NCBI RefSeq assembly: GCF_009914755.1
Contig: NC_060929.1
Length of the DNA stretch: 64,000 nt
From: the human T2T-CHM13v2.0 reference genome, Homo sapiens
Reading direction: 5' to 3' (one strand)
Shown here: positions 1-24,353 of the stretch, in pieces
Numbering within the stretch: position 1 is the stretch's first letter
Layout of the letters: the number at the start of each line of letters is the position of its first letter
The notes under the pieces: model-generated
Told to the model about the DNA's origin: nothing
What the model saw: only the letters and a program-made list of their open reading frames with translations
The model's database searches: none
Position numbers and translations under genes: made by a program

Positions 1-166
1 GTGAATTTATTGACATGAATGAGAAAAGTAATTGTGATGAAAAGGATGAAGATGTCCCAGAGAAAGTAATGCCAGCAAAAACTTCACATTAAAGGAACTC
101 TCAGATATTTCAAAGCATTGAAACCTCCAAGAATAAATAAAATGTTGGAAGTTGATCCAAACTTAG

Positions 167-512
<346 letters not shown>

Positions 513-565
513 TGCTTATTCCATATTATATGTTATAGGATGAAAAGAGGCCAAACTAATCTTGA

Positions 566-924
<359 letters not shown>

Positions 925-1661
925 TGGGTCTAATGTTTTAAATTACACTGTGTTAAATAAATATTAGTTTGTTGTTTTTTTTTTTAGTTTTTTTATTTCT
1001 CTACAAATTTACAACCAATAAGAGTTTTTAATGCTTTGACAAAAAATGTTAAAGGTCATAGTACAATCGCATTTCTTCCCATTGATTATTAACATCACTT
1101 TACATAGTTTCATCTTGCATTAGCAATTTTGTGTGTGTGTTTGTGGTTTTAAGGAGCGGAGAGTTTAATAGGCAAGAAGGAAGGGAGAAGACAGAAGGAA
1201 GGAGCTCCCCCTTACAGAGACAGAGGGAGCGGGGCTCCAAAAGAGGAGGTCCCCATCTACCGCGGATACCAGCCAGGTATATATGCAGAGGCTGGTGGAG
1301 GTGATGTCTGATTTGCATAGGGCTCAGGGGATTGGTTTGACCAGGCATATCATTCACGTAGCCCGAGAAAAAGCTGGCCCTCCCACCCCAGCCTTTTAAT
1401 ATGCAAACGTAGGGCGCCATGGATGTTCTAAACACGTGGAGATATGTGGGGGGCAGCCATGTGGCCAGGAACTTGTGGGGCAAGGGCAAGAAGGCTGTGG
1501 GAATCGCCAAGTTGAATGGACCTAGTTTCTAATGGCCTGCATTTGCATATCAAAGGTTGCTGGCCTGGCTCCTAGAGCCGGGGCTTTAAAAGAAACTTTT
1601 CCGGAGATGCTTTAAAAAATGAAAACTTCCCAAGGACCCCTTTTCCTGTCTATCTGCATAA

Positions 1662-1985
<324 letters not shown>

Positions 1986-2491
1986 AATAATTTCTTAATA
2001 ACTCCTACCACATTCCTCCCTGTGGCGATATCAAACTAACTGCTGTTAGGAGGCTTTGGGCGACCATTGCTTCTGGCTACTTCCTGCTGAAAAGGGGCGT
2101 CTAATGGAGAACAGCAGCTAGGGCTCCTCCTGGGGTTGATCTAAGGGTCCTCGGAAGAATGGCGTCCATGTGTGGTTCAGTTTACAGCACCGTTTGGAGT
2201 TTGATTGCTTCTAGGCGAGAAGAAACAATTCAAGTTATAGTATTGAGTATACAGAGTCCAAATATCAATACAAGACATATAAGCAAGAGAGTGCTTAATA
2301 AAGGGGTTAACCAATTCCATAAAGAAGACTGGAAGTAATTAAAGAGGGATTGTAGCCACTCGGGGCTGAAGCCCACATTTTCCCTGAGCCTGTCAATAAT
2401 TTTGATTTGATTTTTAAGTCCCTGTAGATTTTCCTCTTCTTTACTACAGGTGTTAATCCCAAAGAAGCATGTTTCATTTAAAAATGCATTA

Positions 2492-2904
<413 letters not shown>

Positions 2905-4258
2905 CTAATTAAGCAAAATACGACAGCAATGGAAACTCTGTCCAATATTTCAGTTAGAAGGTGCTACCATGGATAACCTTATTGCAAATAGTAGAGTGAG
3001 GAAAGCAGTTCCCACAAATGTGGTGTGGTAGGTAATTTCCATCTAAAATTTTACTTGCCAACATATAGAATTCCCCTCTGTGGGCCTACGAAGTTCCTTG
3101 GTTTTATTTTCCCAAACAAAGAAACCTCCGGGTTACAGGTACCTTACTTACTTTCATTACCTGGCACAATTTGCAAAATAATTGCCCAGAACTAGCATAT
3201 TGATTCACATTTTCACATTACCCATCCCTTTTTCCCCCCCACCAAGCTGCAGAAGATCACCACTTGATTCACAGGAATAAGCAGGGCCAGGGTTAGTCTA
3301 AAATGTAGGCAAAAAGCTTAAAAACAATTAATGAGACTAGGGTTTAATGACAAATGTATGATAAGCTTTGGAGCAAAATTTTTCTCTCCAGTCCTCATTT
3401 TTGGTAAAAACTAATTATGAATGAACTTTAATCTTATACTTGGCCTGATTATTTGCATGAAGTGCAGCAAGAATGGTTATTTCTACATAGGACTTTTGGA
3501 TTGGCTTTGATGAAACACTGTTCCACAAGGAATTTCAGATTAGACTTTTAAAGCTGAGCCCAGACATGGGTTTGTATCCTCTAATACCTGTGAGTTGGGT
3601 TATCCTCTCCTCTTGAGGTCCCAAGATAAACTCAGAGCTTCCAGACCTGTTAGAAAGTGACATTCTTCACTGACCACAGGTTAGGAACCCTGTGTGGGGA
3701 CTGTGTAGACAAGGTGTGAGGCCAGTTCTCCCCAAGGGGCTTTTATTGGCTCTGCATGTCAAGCTTGATTCCTTAAAGGGAAACACACCCTTTCAGTTAA
3801 AGCCTTGGCAAAATAACCGGTTTTTCCAATTGTGTTCTGTTGACAAAGAAAAATGGATTCTTGCTGCACTGATGCGAACAACTATATTGCTGTAAGTTAA
3901 GAGTACTTACAGATAGTCTCCAAATTTTAGAGGAACCAGGCAGAGAAAAATGAACATGCTCCAAATTTTGTTCACAGTAGTATACCTTACTTGATTATTA
4001 AAGGCCATAAATAGTTTAAAATAAGTTTCCTTTCCCAGTCCATGCACCAAAATGATACGGCTCTGATGAGTGGAGGAACAACAGGGTTCCTGGTCCTCAT
4101 GCTGGTTTAGATAAAATGACACAGACACACGTGGAGTGGTTTTAAGGAGTCGAGAGTTTAATAAGCAAGAAGGAAGGGAGAAGAGAGAAGGAAGACGCTC
4201 CCCCTTGCAGAGACGGAGCGGGGGTTCCAAAGCTGAAAGAGGAGGTCCCCCACATTAA

Positions 4259-4838
<580 letters not shown>

Positions 4839-4844
4839 CTTACC

Positions 4845-6419
<1,575 letters not shown>

Positions 6420-6420
<1 letters not shown>

Positions 6421-6764
6421 AATAGACAGATACAGATATATAACTGTGTTTACACATATGTAACTGTAAACACAGTTATATATCTATATATCCACCAACA
6501 GTTGAATGAGAATAAACTATTGTTATAAGCATATATACACATTGTATATATATGTGTACATATACATATTGCATATGTATGTATACATATATACACACAA
6601 AGTATATATATGTATGTATACATATATACACACTTAAAGTAATGGCCTCCAGTTCGATCCAAGTTGCTGCAAAGGACATTATTTCATGCCTTTTCGTGGC
6701 TGAGTAATATTCCATGGTGTGTATATATATATATATATGTGTGTGTGTATATATATGTATTATG

Positions 6765-6807
<43 letters not shown>

Positions 6808-6820
6808 GTATATATATATA
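6420..6820. repeat. (TA)n/(TG)n compound microsatellite region
   Basis: Alternating purine-pyrimidine runs, e.g. gtatatatatatatatatgtgtgtgtgtat. Confidence 0.9.
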
Positions 6821-7375
6821 CCACATTTTCTTTATCCACTCATTAGTCGATGGGGACTTAGGTTGGTTTCACATTTTTGCAATTGTGAATTGTGCTGCTA
6901 TAAACATATGTGTCCAAGTGTCTTTTTCATATAATTACTTATTTTCCTTTGGGTAGATACCCAATAGTGGGATTGCTGGATTGAATGGTAGATCTGTTTT
7001 TTGCTCTTTAGAGAATCTCCATACTGTTTTCCATAGAGGTTGTACTAATTTATATTCCCAGCAGCAATGTGTAAGTGTTCTCTTTTCCCCACATCCACAC
7101 CAACATCTATTGTTTTTTGACTTTTTAATAATGGCCATTCTTGCAGGACCAAGGTGGTAGCTCGTTGTGGTTTTAATTTGCATTTTCCTGATGATTAGCG
7201 ATGTTGAGCATTTTTTCATATGTTTGTGGGCCATTTGTATACCTTCTTTTGAGAAATGGCTATTCGTGTCCTTTGCCTACTTTTTAATGGGATTGTGTTT
7301 TATTTTTCTTGGTGATTTGTTAGTTCCTTGTAGATTCTGGATACTAGTCCTTTGTCAGATGTGTACTTTGCAAAG
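6630..7375 (-). mobile_element. L1 ORF2 C-terminal fragment
   Basis: ORF 6935-7234(-) [19 protein letters not shown]...[34 protein letters not shown] is the L1 ORF2p cysteine-rich C-terminus. Confidence 0.9.
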
Positions 7376-7479
7376 ATAATATTTTGGATGTTATATTTCC
7401 ATTATAATTTAGTTCAAAGTATTTTCTAATACACCTTGCAATTTCTTCTTTGACCCATGGATTATTTTAAAGTTTGTTA

Positions 7480-8147
<668 letters not shown>

Positions 8148-9245
8148 TGATCCAAAAATATACATTGTATAGTTTCTATTCTTTTAAATTCGTTAACATT
8201 TCTTTTATGGCACAGAATATGGTCTATCTTGGTGAGTGTTGCTTACACACAACTGTGTAACTGAAAACTGTGTATTCTGCTTCTCGTGGTTGTTATATCC
8301 TATAATTGTCAACTAGATCAAGTTAGTAAGAGTGTTGTTCAGTGATCTTTTCTTCTTCAGTGTTTACTGTATTTGCTAATCCCATCCAGTGAAGTTTCCA
8401 TTTCATATATTGTATTTTTCACTTTTAGAAGTTCCATTTGACTCTTTCATTTCCATCCTCATTATCTTCATATTTTTCTTTAAATTTTTGAGCACATTTA
8501 TAATGGAGGTTTTAAAGTCCTTGTCTGCTAATTTTGTCACCTCTGTAATTCCTATGATGATTTTCTTCCTGGCTTGGGGTCATAATTTGTTGCTTATTTG
8601 CATGTCTAATAATGTTTTTATTGGACAGCAGACATTGTAAATGTTATATTTTTGAGTGTTTGGATTTTGTCTTTCTTTAAGAACTATTGCAGTTTGTTTT
8701 GGAAGGCTATTATGTTTTTTGCAGATCAGGTTGATCTTTTCAAGGCTTGTTTTTAAGCTTTGTTAGGACAGGTCTGTAGTAACTTTTGCCTTGGGCTAAT
8801 TTAGACCTACCACTTAATTCTGACTTTTTTGATTAATCTGAGTGTTCAGCAGGGTCTCTTTATTATGGCTAAATGAAATTCAAACATTTTCCAGCCCTAT
8901 GTGACCATCAAGAATTCAGCTAATAGCTCCCTGGCAGTTCTTCGCCCAGCTGCAGAAAAGTGTCAGTGCACTCTATGTATGCTCAGATTATAATTTAGCC
9001 AAAGACTTGGGGATCCATATTAATATTCCTGGAGTTCTTTGTGTAGCTCCATTCTCTTTAGTACTCTATCCCATAAATTCTGGCTGCCTCAATCTCCTAA
9101 TCTCCCCAAACTCTAATATCTATTCCTCAACTCAGCAAAACCATGGTGTTATTCTTGGATTTCCCCTTTCCTGCCCCACAGTCTGAAAGTTGTCTCCAGG
9201 CAAAAAAAATGGAGATCCTAGTTTGCGGATCCTCATTTCCTTCTC

Positions 9246-10099
<854 letters not shown>

Positions 10100-10515
10100 C
10101 TCCATTGTATGTGCACATATCATTATCTGTTCAACCCATCTATGACTTGTCATTTAGGTAGTTTCCATCCAATATTTTTGCAATATAAAAAATGCTAATG
10201 AAGAACCTGAGATATATATATATCTATATATATAGATATATATGTTTGTTGTTGTTGTTGTTATTTTTGAAGTATGTACGTATAATAAATTCCTAATAGT
10301 GTGATTGCTGCATCATAAGGTAAAGGCATATGTAGTTTTGTTAAATATAGCTATTCCCCATCTTGCATTCCTACAAATAGATGAGAATGTCCATTGTCCC
10401 ATAGTCTCCTTTGCAGAGTATATTGTCAAGCTTTTTAATTGTTGCCAACCTGATGGGTAAAAAGATATCTCCAAATAATTTTAATTAAAATTTCTCTTAT
10501 TATGAATGAGGTTAA

Positions 10516-10845
<330 letters not shown>

Positions 10846-10954
10846 TGACCCTATATATTTTTTTGAATTGTCTGTTCATGTCTTATTTTCATTTTTCTAG
10901 TAGTTTTTTTTTTAAGTGTTTTAGCCTAAATTTGTAAAAAGTTTAGGGGATATA

Positions 10955-15943
<4,989 letters not shown>

Positions 15944-16375
15944 GATTCATAGATCATCTTATCAAATCAAAGTATGCAAAATATTCAAGTAAACTTCAGA
16001 TAAATATGAAGGCTAAACCATTCAGCTTCTTCACCAAACCCTTGAATGTCCCACCTGTCTAAATGGAGATACATGTTTGTTTGATTTATTGGTTAACTGT
16101 TTTTATTCCATTTTTCCTCAAATGATCCCATAATTTGACCTTAGGAAGCTGTTCAAATAGACACATTAGGTTGAATGGAAAGACTACTCGATGATATTTA
16201 GGATTTTAAGAGGATTTTATGTATTTTTTCCTTGTGTGCAATAATTTAATAGCATCTTGAATAGGTTTTTCTGATATTACTAACCCTCTGGGAATAATAT
16301 TAGGTAATTAGACAGTTAGCTAATATTAAAATATGTATCAGGTAATATTTATTGAGAGTTTCCTCTGTGCCAAGC

Positions 16376-17210
16376 AGGATCAACTTCATAGGCAGGCGAC
16401 CTGTGCGGGGACACAGGGCTTCATGCTTAGATAGGCCCCCTTGCTTTGAAGGCCCCTACCCTTTGGTTAGGGCTCTGCTGTTACCATCTTGAAATTCTTA
16501 ATAATTTTTATTTTATTTTTTTGAGTCAGGGTCTTGCTCTGTCGCCCTGGCTGGAGTGCAGTGGACTCACTACAGTCTTGAATTCCTGGGCTCAAGCAAT
16601 CCTCCCACTTCAGCCTTCTGAGTAGTTAGGACGACAAACACACGCCACCATGCTCAGATAAGTTTTTTGTTTGTTTGTTTTTTTGTTTTTGTTTTTGTTT
16701 TTTGTAGAGATGGGACTGTCCCTATGTTGCTCAGGCTGGTCTCAAATTCCTGGCCTCAAGTGATCCTCCCACCTCCGCCTCCCAAAGTGCTGGGACTACA
16801 GGCATGAGCCACTGTGCCTGGTCAATCATTTTTATTAACAAGCCCAAGCCCTCTTTTTTTTTTTTTTTTTTTGAGACAGGGTCTCCCTCTGTTGTCCAGG
16901 CTAGAGTGCAGTGGTGCGATCTTGCCTTCACTGCAACCTCTGCCTCCTGGGTTCAAGTGATTCTCCTGGCCTCAGCCTCCCTAGTAGCTGGGATTACAGG
17001 CATCCACCCCCACGCCTGGCAATTTTTTTGTATTTTTAGTAGAGATGGGGTTTCACCATGTTGGCAAGGCTGGTCTCAAACTCCTGACCTCAAGTGATCC
17101 ACCCAACTCGGCCTCCCAAAGTGCTGGGATTACAGGTATGATCCACTGCGCCCGGCCTCCAAGCCCCCTATTTTTATTTTGCACTGACCCTACAAGTTAC
17201 GTAGCTAGGC
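16376..17210. mobile_element. MER91-like hAT non-autonomous element interrupted by two antisense Alus (16505-16820, 16855-17157)
   Basis: gcgacctgtgc...acacagggc...ccatcttgaaattcttaataattttt resumes after the Alus as ttttattttgcactgaccctacaa. Confidence 0.6.
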
Positions 17211-18067
17211 TTAGTTATGTTTTTAGCAAGGAAAGTGTATAATCTCATGTACCTTTTGAAAGATTACTCAGGTCTCTGCATGTGAAATGGAATTTAGGGA
17301 ATGCAAGAGAGGGAGTAAAAATAACAGCGAGGAAGCTATGATAGCATTTAAGGTTGCTTTGACTCAGGGGTAGCAGTAGATAGGGTAAGTAATTGATAGT
17401 TTCAAAATATATTTTGGGAGTAGTAAGCATTGGTATGGATTAGTAATATACTGGATGTGGGGATGCAGAAAAAAATATTAAAAATTACTTCTGAAATTCT
17501 GGCTGGAATAGAAGTGCCACTTACCAGGTAAGGAAGGTTGGAGACATAACATATTTGAGGGTGTGGTCAAAAGATGAGTTTGACATTATGCTATGTCATA
17601 TAAAAGACATATAAAAGACTACCTATTTTATAATTCCTTTTTAATAAAATATTCAGAAAAAGCAAAACTGTGGTTGCCTGAGGCTGAAGCTAGGAAGATT
17701 GACTACAGACAAGCATGAGGGAAATTTTGGGGGTGATGAGAGTTTTCTAAAACTGGATTGTGGGGTTGGTTGCATTACTGTATAAATTTATTAAAAATCC
17801 CTGCATCGTATAGGGGCACTATATTGTATGTAGAAAGCTGTGAAAAGATTTTAAAAATGATTGACATGTCTGTGGTTATATCAATGAGTACTATTATTAT
17901 TCCCATTTTATACATAAAGAAAATAAAAGAGAAGTTAAAAATAAAAGTTTCATGGTTACATAGCTACTAGGTGTAATATCCAGTATTGGAATTTGAATCT
18001 TTTTGACACTAAGACCTTACTCTCGATCATATAATACATTCACTTTCTATTTTAAAGTTATATTATA

Positions 18068-18867
<800 letters not shown>

Positions 18868-19079
18868 TTACAGCATCTTTGTTTATTATCCACTGTGAGT
18901 TGTATTACCACACTTTACTTGGCTCTTTGGCAAACTATATTATCTCTTCAGATCACTAGGGCTAGGAAGGCCCACTGGTAACTTGAAGGAGTAAATGTAT
19001 CTTCTAAAAAATGCTTACTTCCAGGGAGATTGGATCCACACAAGTGAATACATATATAGTCCTTAGTGTATGCTATGAT

Positions 19080-19925
19080 TATTTTACTATGTCAGTAGCA
19101 TAAAGATTGCTATATTAATAAGCATTAAGTGCCTGCTGTGCTAGACAGTGAGGATACAAGTGGCCACCAAAATAGCATGGTCCCTGCCCTCCTGGAGCTT
19201 CTTTTTTTCTTCTTCAGTGGGGGAAGCAGATACTTTGCTTATGCAAAAATAATTATAAAATTTAAAGTTGTGCCAAGTTCAATGGAAAAAAATATAAGGT
19301 GTTCTGAGAGAGCATAACAAAGGATCCTGGTTTTAACTGGGGCCTAATGGAAGACCTCTATTAGGAAATAACATTTAAACTAAGACCAGACAGACCTGTA
19401 GAAATTAGCAAAGCAAAGGGAGGGAGGAAAAAGCAGCTTTCCTGGCAAAGGAACAATTTGTGTGAAGGCCCTGAGACAGGGAAGGGCTGGGGTTCTGACC
19501 ACCCTCCAAGTGGTGCAATGGAATATAGTGAGAGAGGGAGAAGACATGAGAACTTGGATACTATGCAAAGGATTTGGTATTTTAATTCAAGAGCAGTATG
19601 ATGCTACTGAGGAGCAGCTGGACAATTGTGTGATCCAATTAAAATTTTAGGAAGATGAACCTCGCTATTGTGGAGAATGCATACACAAGGGTTCTGTTGG
19701 TTCATGAAGAGGTCTTAAGAAAACTATGAGCTGGGTGCAGTAGCTCAGGCCTGTAGTCCCATCTACTTAGAAGTCTGAGGCGGGAGGATCCCTTGAGCCC
19801 AAGGAGCTGGAAGTTACAGTGAGCTATGATTATTCCACTGTACTCCAGCCTGGATGACAGAGCGAGATCCTGCCTCAGAAACAAAAACCAAAAAACAAAC
19901 AACAACAAAAACAACAACAACGAAA
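19080..19925. mobile_element. Degenerate L2-like sequence followed by an Alu monomer (19729-19925)
   Basis: L2-type text (gtccctgccctcctggagctt, aaggccctgagacaggg) and a single Alu arm with a (CAA)n tail. Confidence 0.55.
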
Positions 19926-21559
19926 ATCTCAGAAAACTACAGGCCTTATTATCAAGAAAATGACAGGCCTTATTATTGAGAAAACTACTTACATTTTTAA
20001 AAGCTGATTTTCAAAAACCAGATTGTGAATTAAGTGATGCTGAATAGGGGAAAAAAAGACTGATAAACCAGTGTATCTCTGAATAACCCACTAGATCAGT
20101 GCTTGTCAAACTTTAATGTGTTTTCAAATCACCCTGATGTTTTGTTAAAATGTAAGTCATGTCTCAGTAGGTCTAGAGGAGGGCATTTCTGCATTTCTAA
20201 CAAGCTCCCCGGTGATGCCTAGACCATTGGTCCTCACACTTTGAGTAGCAAGTGATTGGGCTATACTCTTTATTCTAAATTCTAAATGTATTCTATCTTC
20301 TAATGCCTATCAGCCCTCTTGCTGGTCTGGCTAATTATCAAACTTGAGCATTTAAAACTGGGGGTTTTCAGAGATTAATTGAAGTGTTAAAGACATGGAA
20401 ATATAGGTCACATATGGCTTTTCATCTCTTCCGGAAATATCCTATATATCCTTACTTCTTTTCTACCTACCTAACCTATGTGCCTACCCCTTCACTTATG
20501 TTCAAGGTTCTATTATACTTCAAAAGGACTCTATGCAATCAAAGTGATGTCCAAGACAAATATACAGAAATAGTATGAGGCTCTAACACTTTACATCTAA
20601 TGGAGTGGTTTGCATCATTAATTGAGGCTTACTCTGTGCCAGGCACTTTACCTGCCTTCTTCATTTAATAGGATAGGAGCAGGAACTCTTAGAGGTTCAT
20701 TTCTTGTTCAAGGATATACATCTCATCTCTGGCTTATATCACAGTGGACTCTTTTATTCACTATCCTAATCATTATAATTTTGTTTGGTGACAACAATTC
20801 TAAATGCAGAAAAGTTAAGGCTCTTTATTCTGTGACTAAAGGCTTTGTATTTTCTAAAGATTTGTGGAGCTTTGCTGCCATTATTTCAATAATTTTATAA
20901 AGATCCTAGGTGGTAAATAGGCCTGGCTTTTTTTCTTTTTGAAATCTTCTCCGTCTTCTTCTTCATTAGCAGTGCAACTTCTTGTGGCATATGGTACCCA
21001 AGATCTTGGGAAAAGGATTGATCAAGTAAAGGGAAACGATAGAGAGAGTGTGCTCTACAACTGAGATCATGCTCCTTGTGAAAGACAGGGTAGGGAAATT
21101 TCTTATTGCTCCCTGGTTCTTAAGAAATGAGAGCTAACAATGACATCCAGTTTTAAAAGAAATAAAATCTGAATTGTACTTTTAAATTTTATAAGCCAGA
21201 GTTAAACCAATAGATTGTAACTCCTGCTAATTTGATAGTAGCTCCAGATAATGAGGAAGTGACAGGGAATGCTAATTTCATTTGGTAAGAGATAAAACTG
21301 AAATTATTAATGTCTCCACGGAAATGCTAAATGCCTCCTTACAAGTAGGGTCCGGCTAATTGTCTGTCTTCCAACAAGCCAGATTTGTTGGTGTTTTTCC
21401 AGACAATGTTGTGTAGTTTTCGGTTTGGTTCGATCCCCTTTCTTGTGATCAAAGAAAGTGATTCAAATGTTTAATGAGTCTTGATTTGGATTGGAGACTT
21501 GCAGAACGGCTAGCCTCACAGCCCCAAGGCTGGCTTTCCCTAAGGTAGGTTTCCTATGC

Positions 21560-21923
21560 ACCGATACTGGCAAGGCGCTTTGGCTGGAAACTCTGGAAGG
21601 AAGCCAAAGGAAAGTGAAGTTCCTGGCGCTAGCGCGTGTCCTGCTCAGAGAGCCCGGCGCTAGCTCATTCTTCGTGCAGTTATTGGCTGGGACTCTGTGT
21701 GCCGCTGTCGGCCAATGAAGACGCTGGAGATCGGGCCCCTGCCCGTCCCCTTTCTGCGCCCCGGGATGAGGCAGAGACTGAACAGCCGGCGAGCAAATCA
21801 ACGGCATCCAGAAAGCCATGTCGGACTCGGCGCCCAGCGCCCAAGCGCTAACCCGCTGAAAGTTTCTCAGCGAAATCTCAGGGACGATCTGGACCCCGCT
21901 GAGAGGAACTGCTTTTGAGTGAG
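21560..21923 (+). promoter_or_regulatory. PCDHGC3: PCDHGC3 promoter/5' UTR in a CpG island, with a CSE-like (CTCF) element at 21699-21720 and CCAAT boxes
   Basis: CpG-rich; gtgccgctgtcggccaatgaag carries the CGCT core typical of clustered protocadherin promoters; ATTGG at 21682 and CCAAT at 21712. Confidence 0.8.
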
Positions 21924-24353
21924 ATGGTCCCAGAGGCCTGGAGGAGCGGACTGGTAAGCACCGGGAGGGTAGTGGGAGTTTTGCTTCTGCTTGGTGCCTT
22001 GAACAAGGCTTCCACGGTCATTCACTATGAGATCCCGGAGGAAAGAGAGAAGGGTTTCGCTGTGGGCAACGTGGTCGCGAACCTTGGTTTGGATCTCGGT
22101 AGCCTCTCAGCCCGCAGGTTCCGGGTGGTGTCTGGAGCTAGCCGAAGATTCTTTGAGGTGAACCGGGAGACCGGAGAGATGTTTGTGAACGACCGTCTGG
22201 ATCGAGAGGAGCTGTGTGGGACACTGCCCTCTTGCACTGTAACTCTGGAGTTGGTAGTGGAGAACCCGCTGGAGCTGTTCAGCGTGGAAGTGGTGATCCA
22301 GGACATCAACGACAACAATCCTGCTTTCCCTACCCAGGAAATGAAATTGGAGATTAGCGAGGCCGTGGCTCCGGGGACGCGCTTTCCGCTCGAGAGCGCG
22401 CACGATCCCGATGTGGGAAGCAACTCTTTACAAACCTATGAGCTGAGCCGAAATGAATACTTTGCGCTTCGCGTGCAGACGCGGGAGGACAGCACCAAGT
22501 ACGCGGAGCTGGTGTTGGAGCGCGCCCTGGACCGAGAACGGGAGCCTAGTCTCCAGTTAGTGCTGACGGCGTTGGACGGAGGGACCCCAGCTCTCTCCGC
22601 CAGCCTGCCTATTCACATCAAGGTGCTGGACGCGAATGACAATGCGCCTGTCTTCAACCAGTCCTTGTACCGGGCGCGCGTCCTGGAGGATGCACCCTCC
22701 GGCACGCGCGTGGTACAAGTCCTTGCAACGGATCTGGATGAAGGCCCCAACGGTGAAATTATTTACTCCTTCGGCAGCCACAACCGCGCCGGCGTGCGGC
22801 AACTATTCGCCTTAGACCTTGTAACCGGGATGCTGACAATCAAGGGTCGGCTGGACTTCGAGGACACCAAACTCCATGAGATTTACATCCAGGCCAAAGA
22901 CAAGGGCGCCAATCCCGAAGGAGCACATTGCAAAGTGTTGGTGGAGGTTGTGGATGTGAATGACAACGCCCCGGAGATCACAGTCACCTCCGTGTACAGC
23001 CCAGTACCCGAGGATGCCCCTCTGGGGACTGTCATCGCTTTGCTCAGTGTGACTGACCTGGATGCTGGCGAGAACGGGCTGGTGACCTGCGAAGTTCCAC
23101 CGGGTCTCCCTTTCAGCCTTACTTCTTCCCTCAAGAATTACTTCACTTTGAAAACCAGTGCAGACCTGGATCGGGAGACTGTGCCAGAATACAACCTCAG
23201 CATCACCGCCCGAGACGCCGGAACCCCTTCCCTCTCAGCCCTTACAATAGTGCGTGTTCAAGTGTCCGACATCAATGACAACCCTCCACAATCTTCTCAA
23301 TCTTCCTACGACGTTTACATTGAAGAAAACAACCTCCCCGGGGCTCCAATACTAAACCTAAGTGTCTGGGACCCCGACGCCCCGCAGAATGCTCGGCTTT
23401 CTTTCTTTCTCTTGGAGCAAGGAGCTGAAACCGGGCTAGTGGGTCGCTATTTCACAATAAATCGTGACAATGGCATAGTGTCATCCTTAGTGCCCCTAGA
23501 CTATGAGGATCGGCGGGAATTTGAATTAACAGCTCATATCAGCGATGGGGGCACCCCGGTCCTAGCCACCAACATCAGCGTGAACATATTTGTCACTGAT
23601 CGCAATGACAATGCCCCCCAGGTCCTATATCCTCGGCCAGGTGGGAGCTCGGTGGAGATGCTGCCTCGAGGTACCTCAGCTGGCCACCTAGTGTCACGGG
23701 TGGTAGGCTGGGACGCGGATGCAGGGCACAATGCCTGGCTCTCCTACAGTCTCTTGGGATCCCCTAACCAGAGCCTTTTTGCCATAGGGCTGCACACTGG
23801 TCAAATCAGTACTGCCCGTCCAGTCCAAGACACAGATTCACCCAGGCAGACTCTCACGGTCTTGATCAAAGACAATGGGGAGCCTTCGCTCTCCACCACT
23901 GCTACCCTCACTGTGTCAGTAACCGAGGACTCTCCTGAAGCCCGAGCCGAGTTCCCCTCTGGCTCTGCCCCCCGGGAGCAGAAAAAAAATCTCACCTTTT
24001 ATCTACTTCTTTCTCTAATCCTGGTTTCTGTGGGGTTCGTGGTCACAGTGTTCGGAGTAATCATATTCAAAGTTTACAAGTGGAAGCAGTCTAGAGACCT
24101 ATACCGAGCCCCGGTGAGCTCACTGTACCGAACACCAGGGCCCTCCTTGCACGCGGACGCCGTGCGGGGAGGCCTGATGTCGCCGCACCTTTACCATCAG
24201 GTGTATCTCACCACGGACTCCCGCCGCAGCGACCCGCTGCTGAAGAAACCTGGTGCAGCCAGTCCACTGGCCAGCCGCCAGAACACGCTGCGGAGCTGTG
24301 ATCCGGTGTTCTATAGGCAGGTGTTGGGTGCAGAGAGCGCCCCTCCCGGACAG
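21924..24353 (+). CDS. PCDHGC3: Protocadherin gamma-C3 variable exon (signal peptide, 6 cadherin repeats, TM, variable cytoplasmic part); 810 codons, 934 aa when spliced
   Basis: MVPEAWRSGLVSTGRVVGVLLLL...; repeated DRE, DxNDNxP and LDYE motifs; TM LTFYLLLSLILVSVGFVVTVFGVII; phase-0 donor CAG|gtaagg after 24353. Confidence 0.97.

Noticed and set aside
21915-21923. ORF-track start MSE upstream of PCDHGC3
   Set aside because: It uses a TTG codon; the real ATG (gagATGg, good Kozak context) is at 21924
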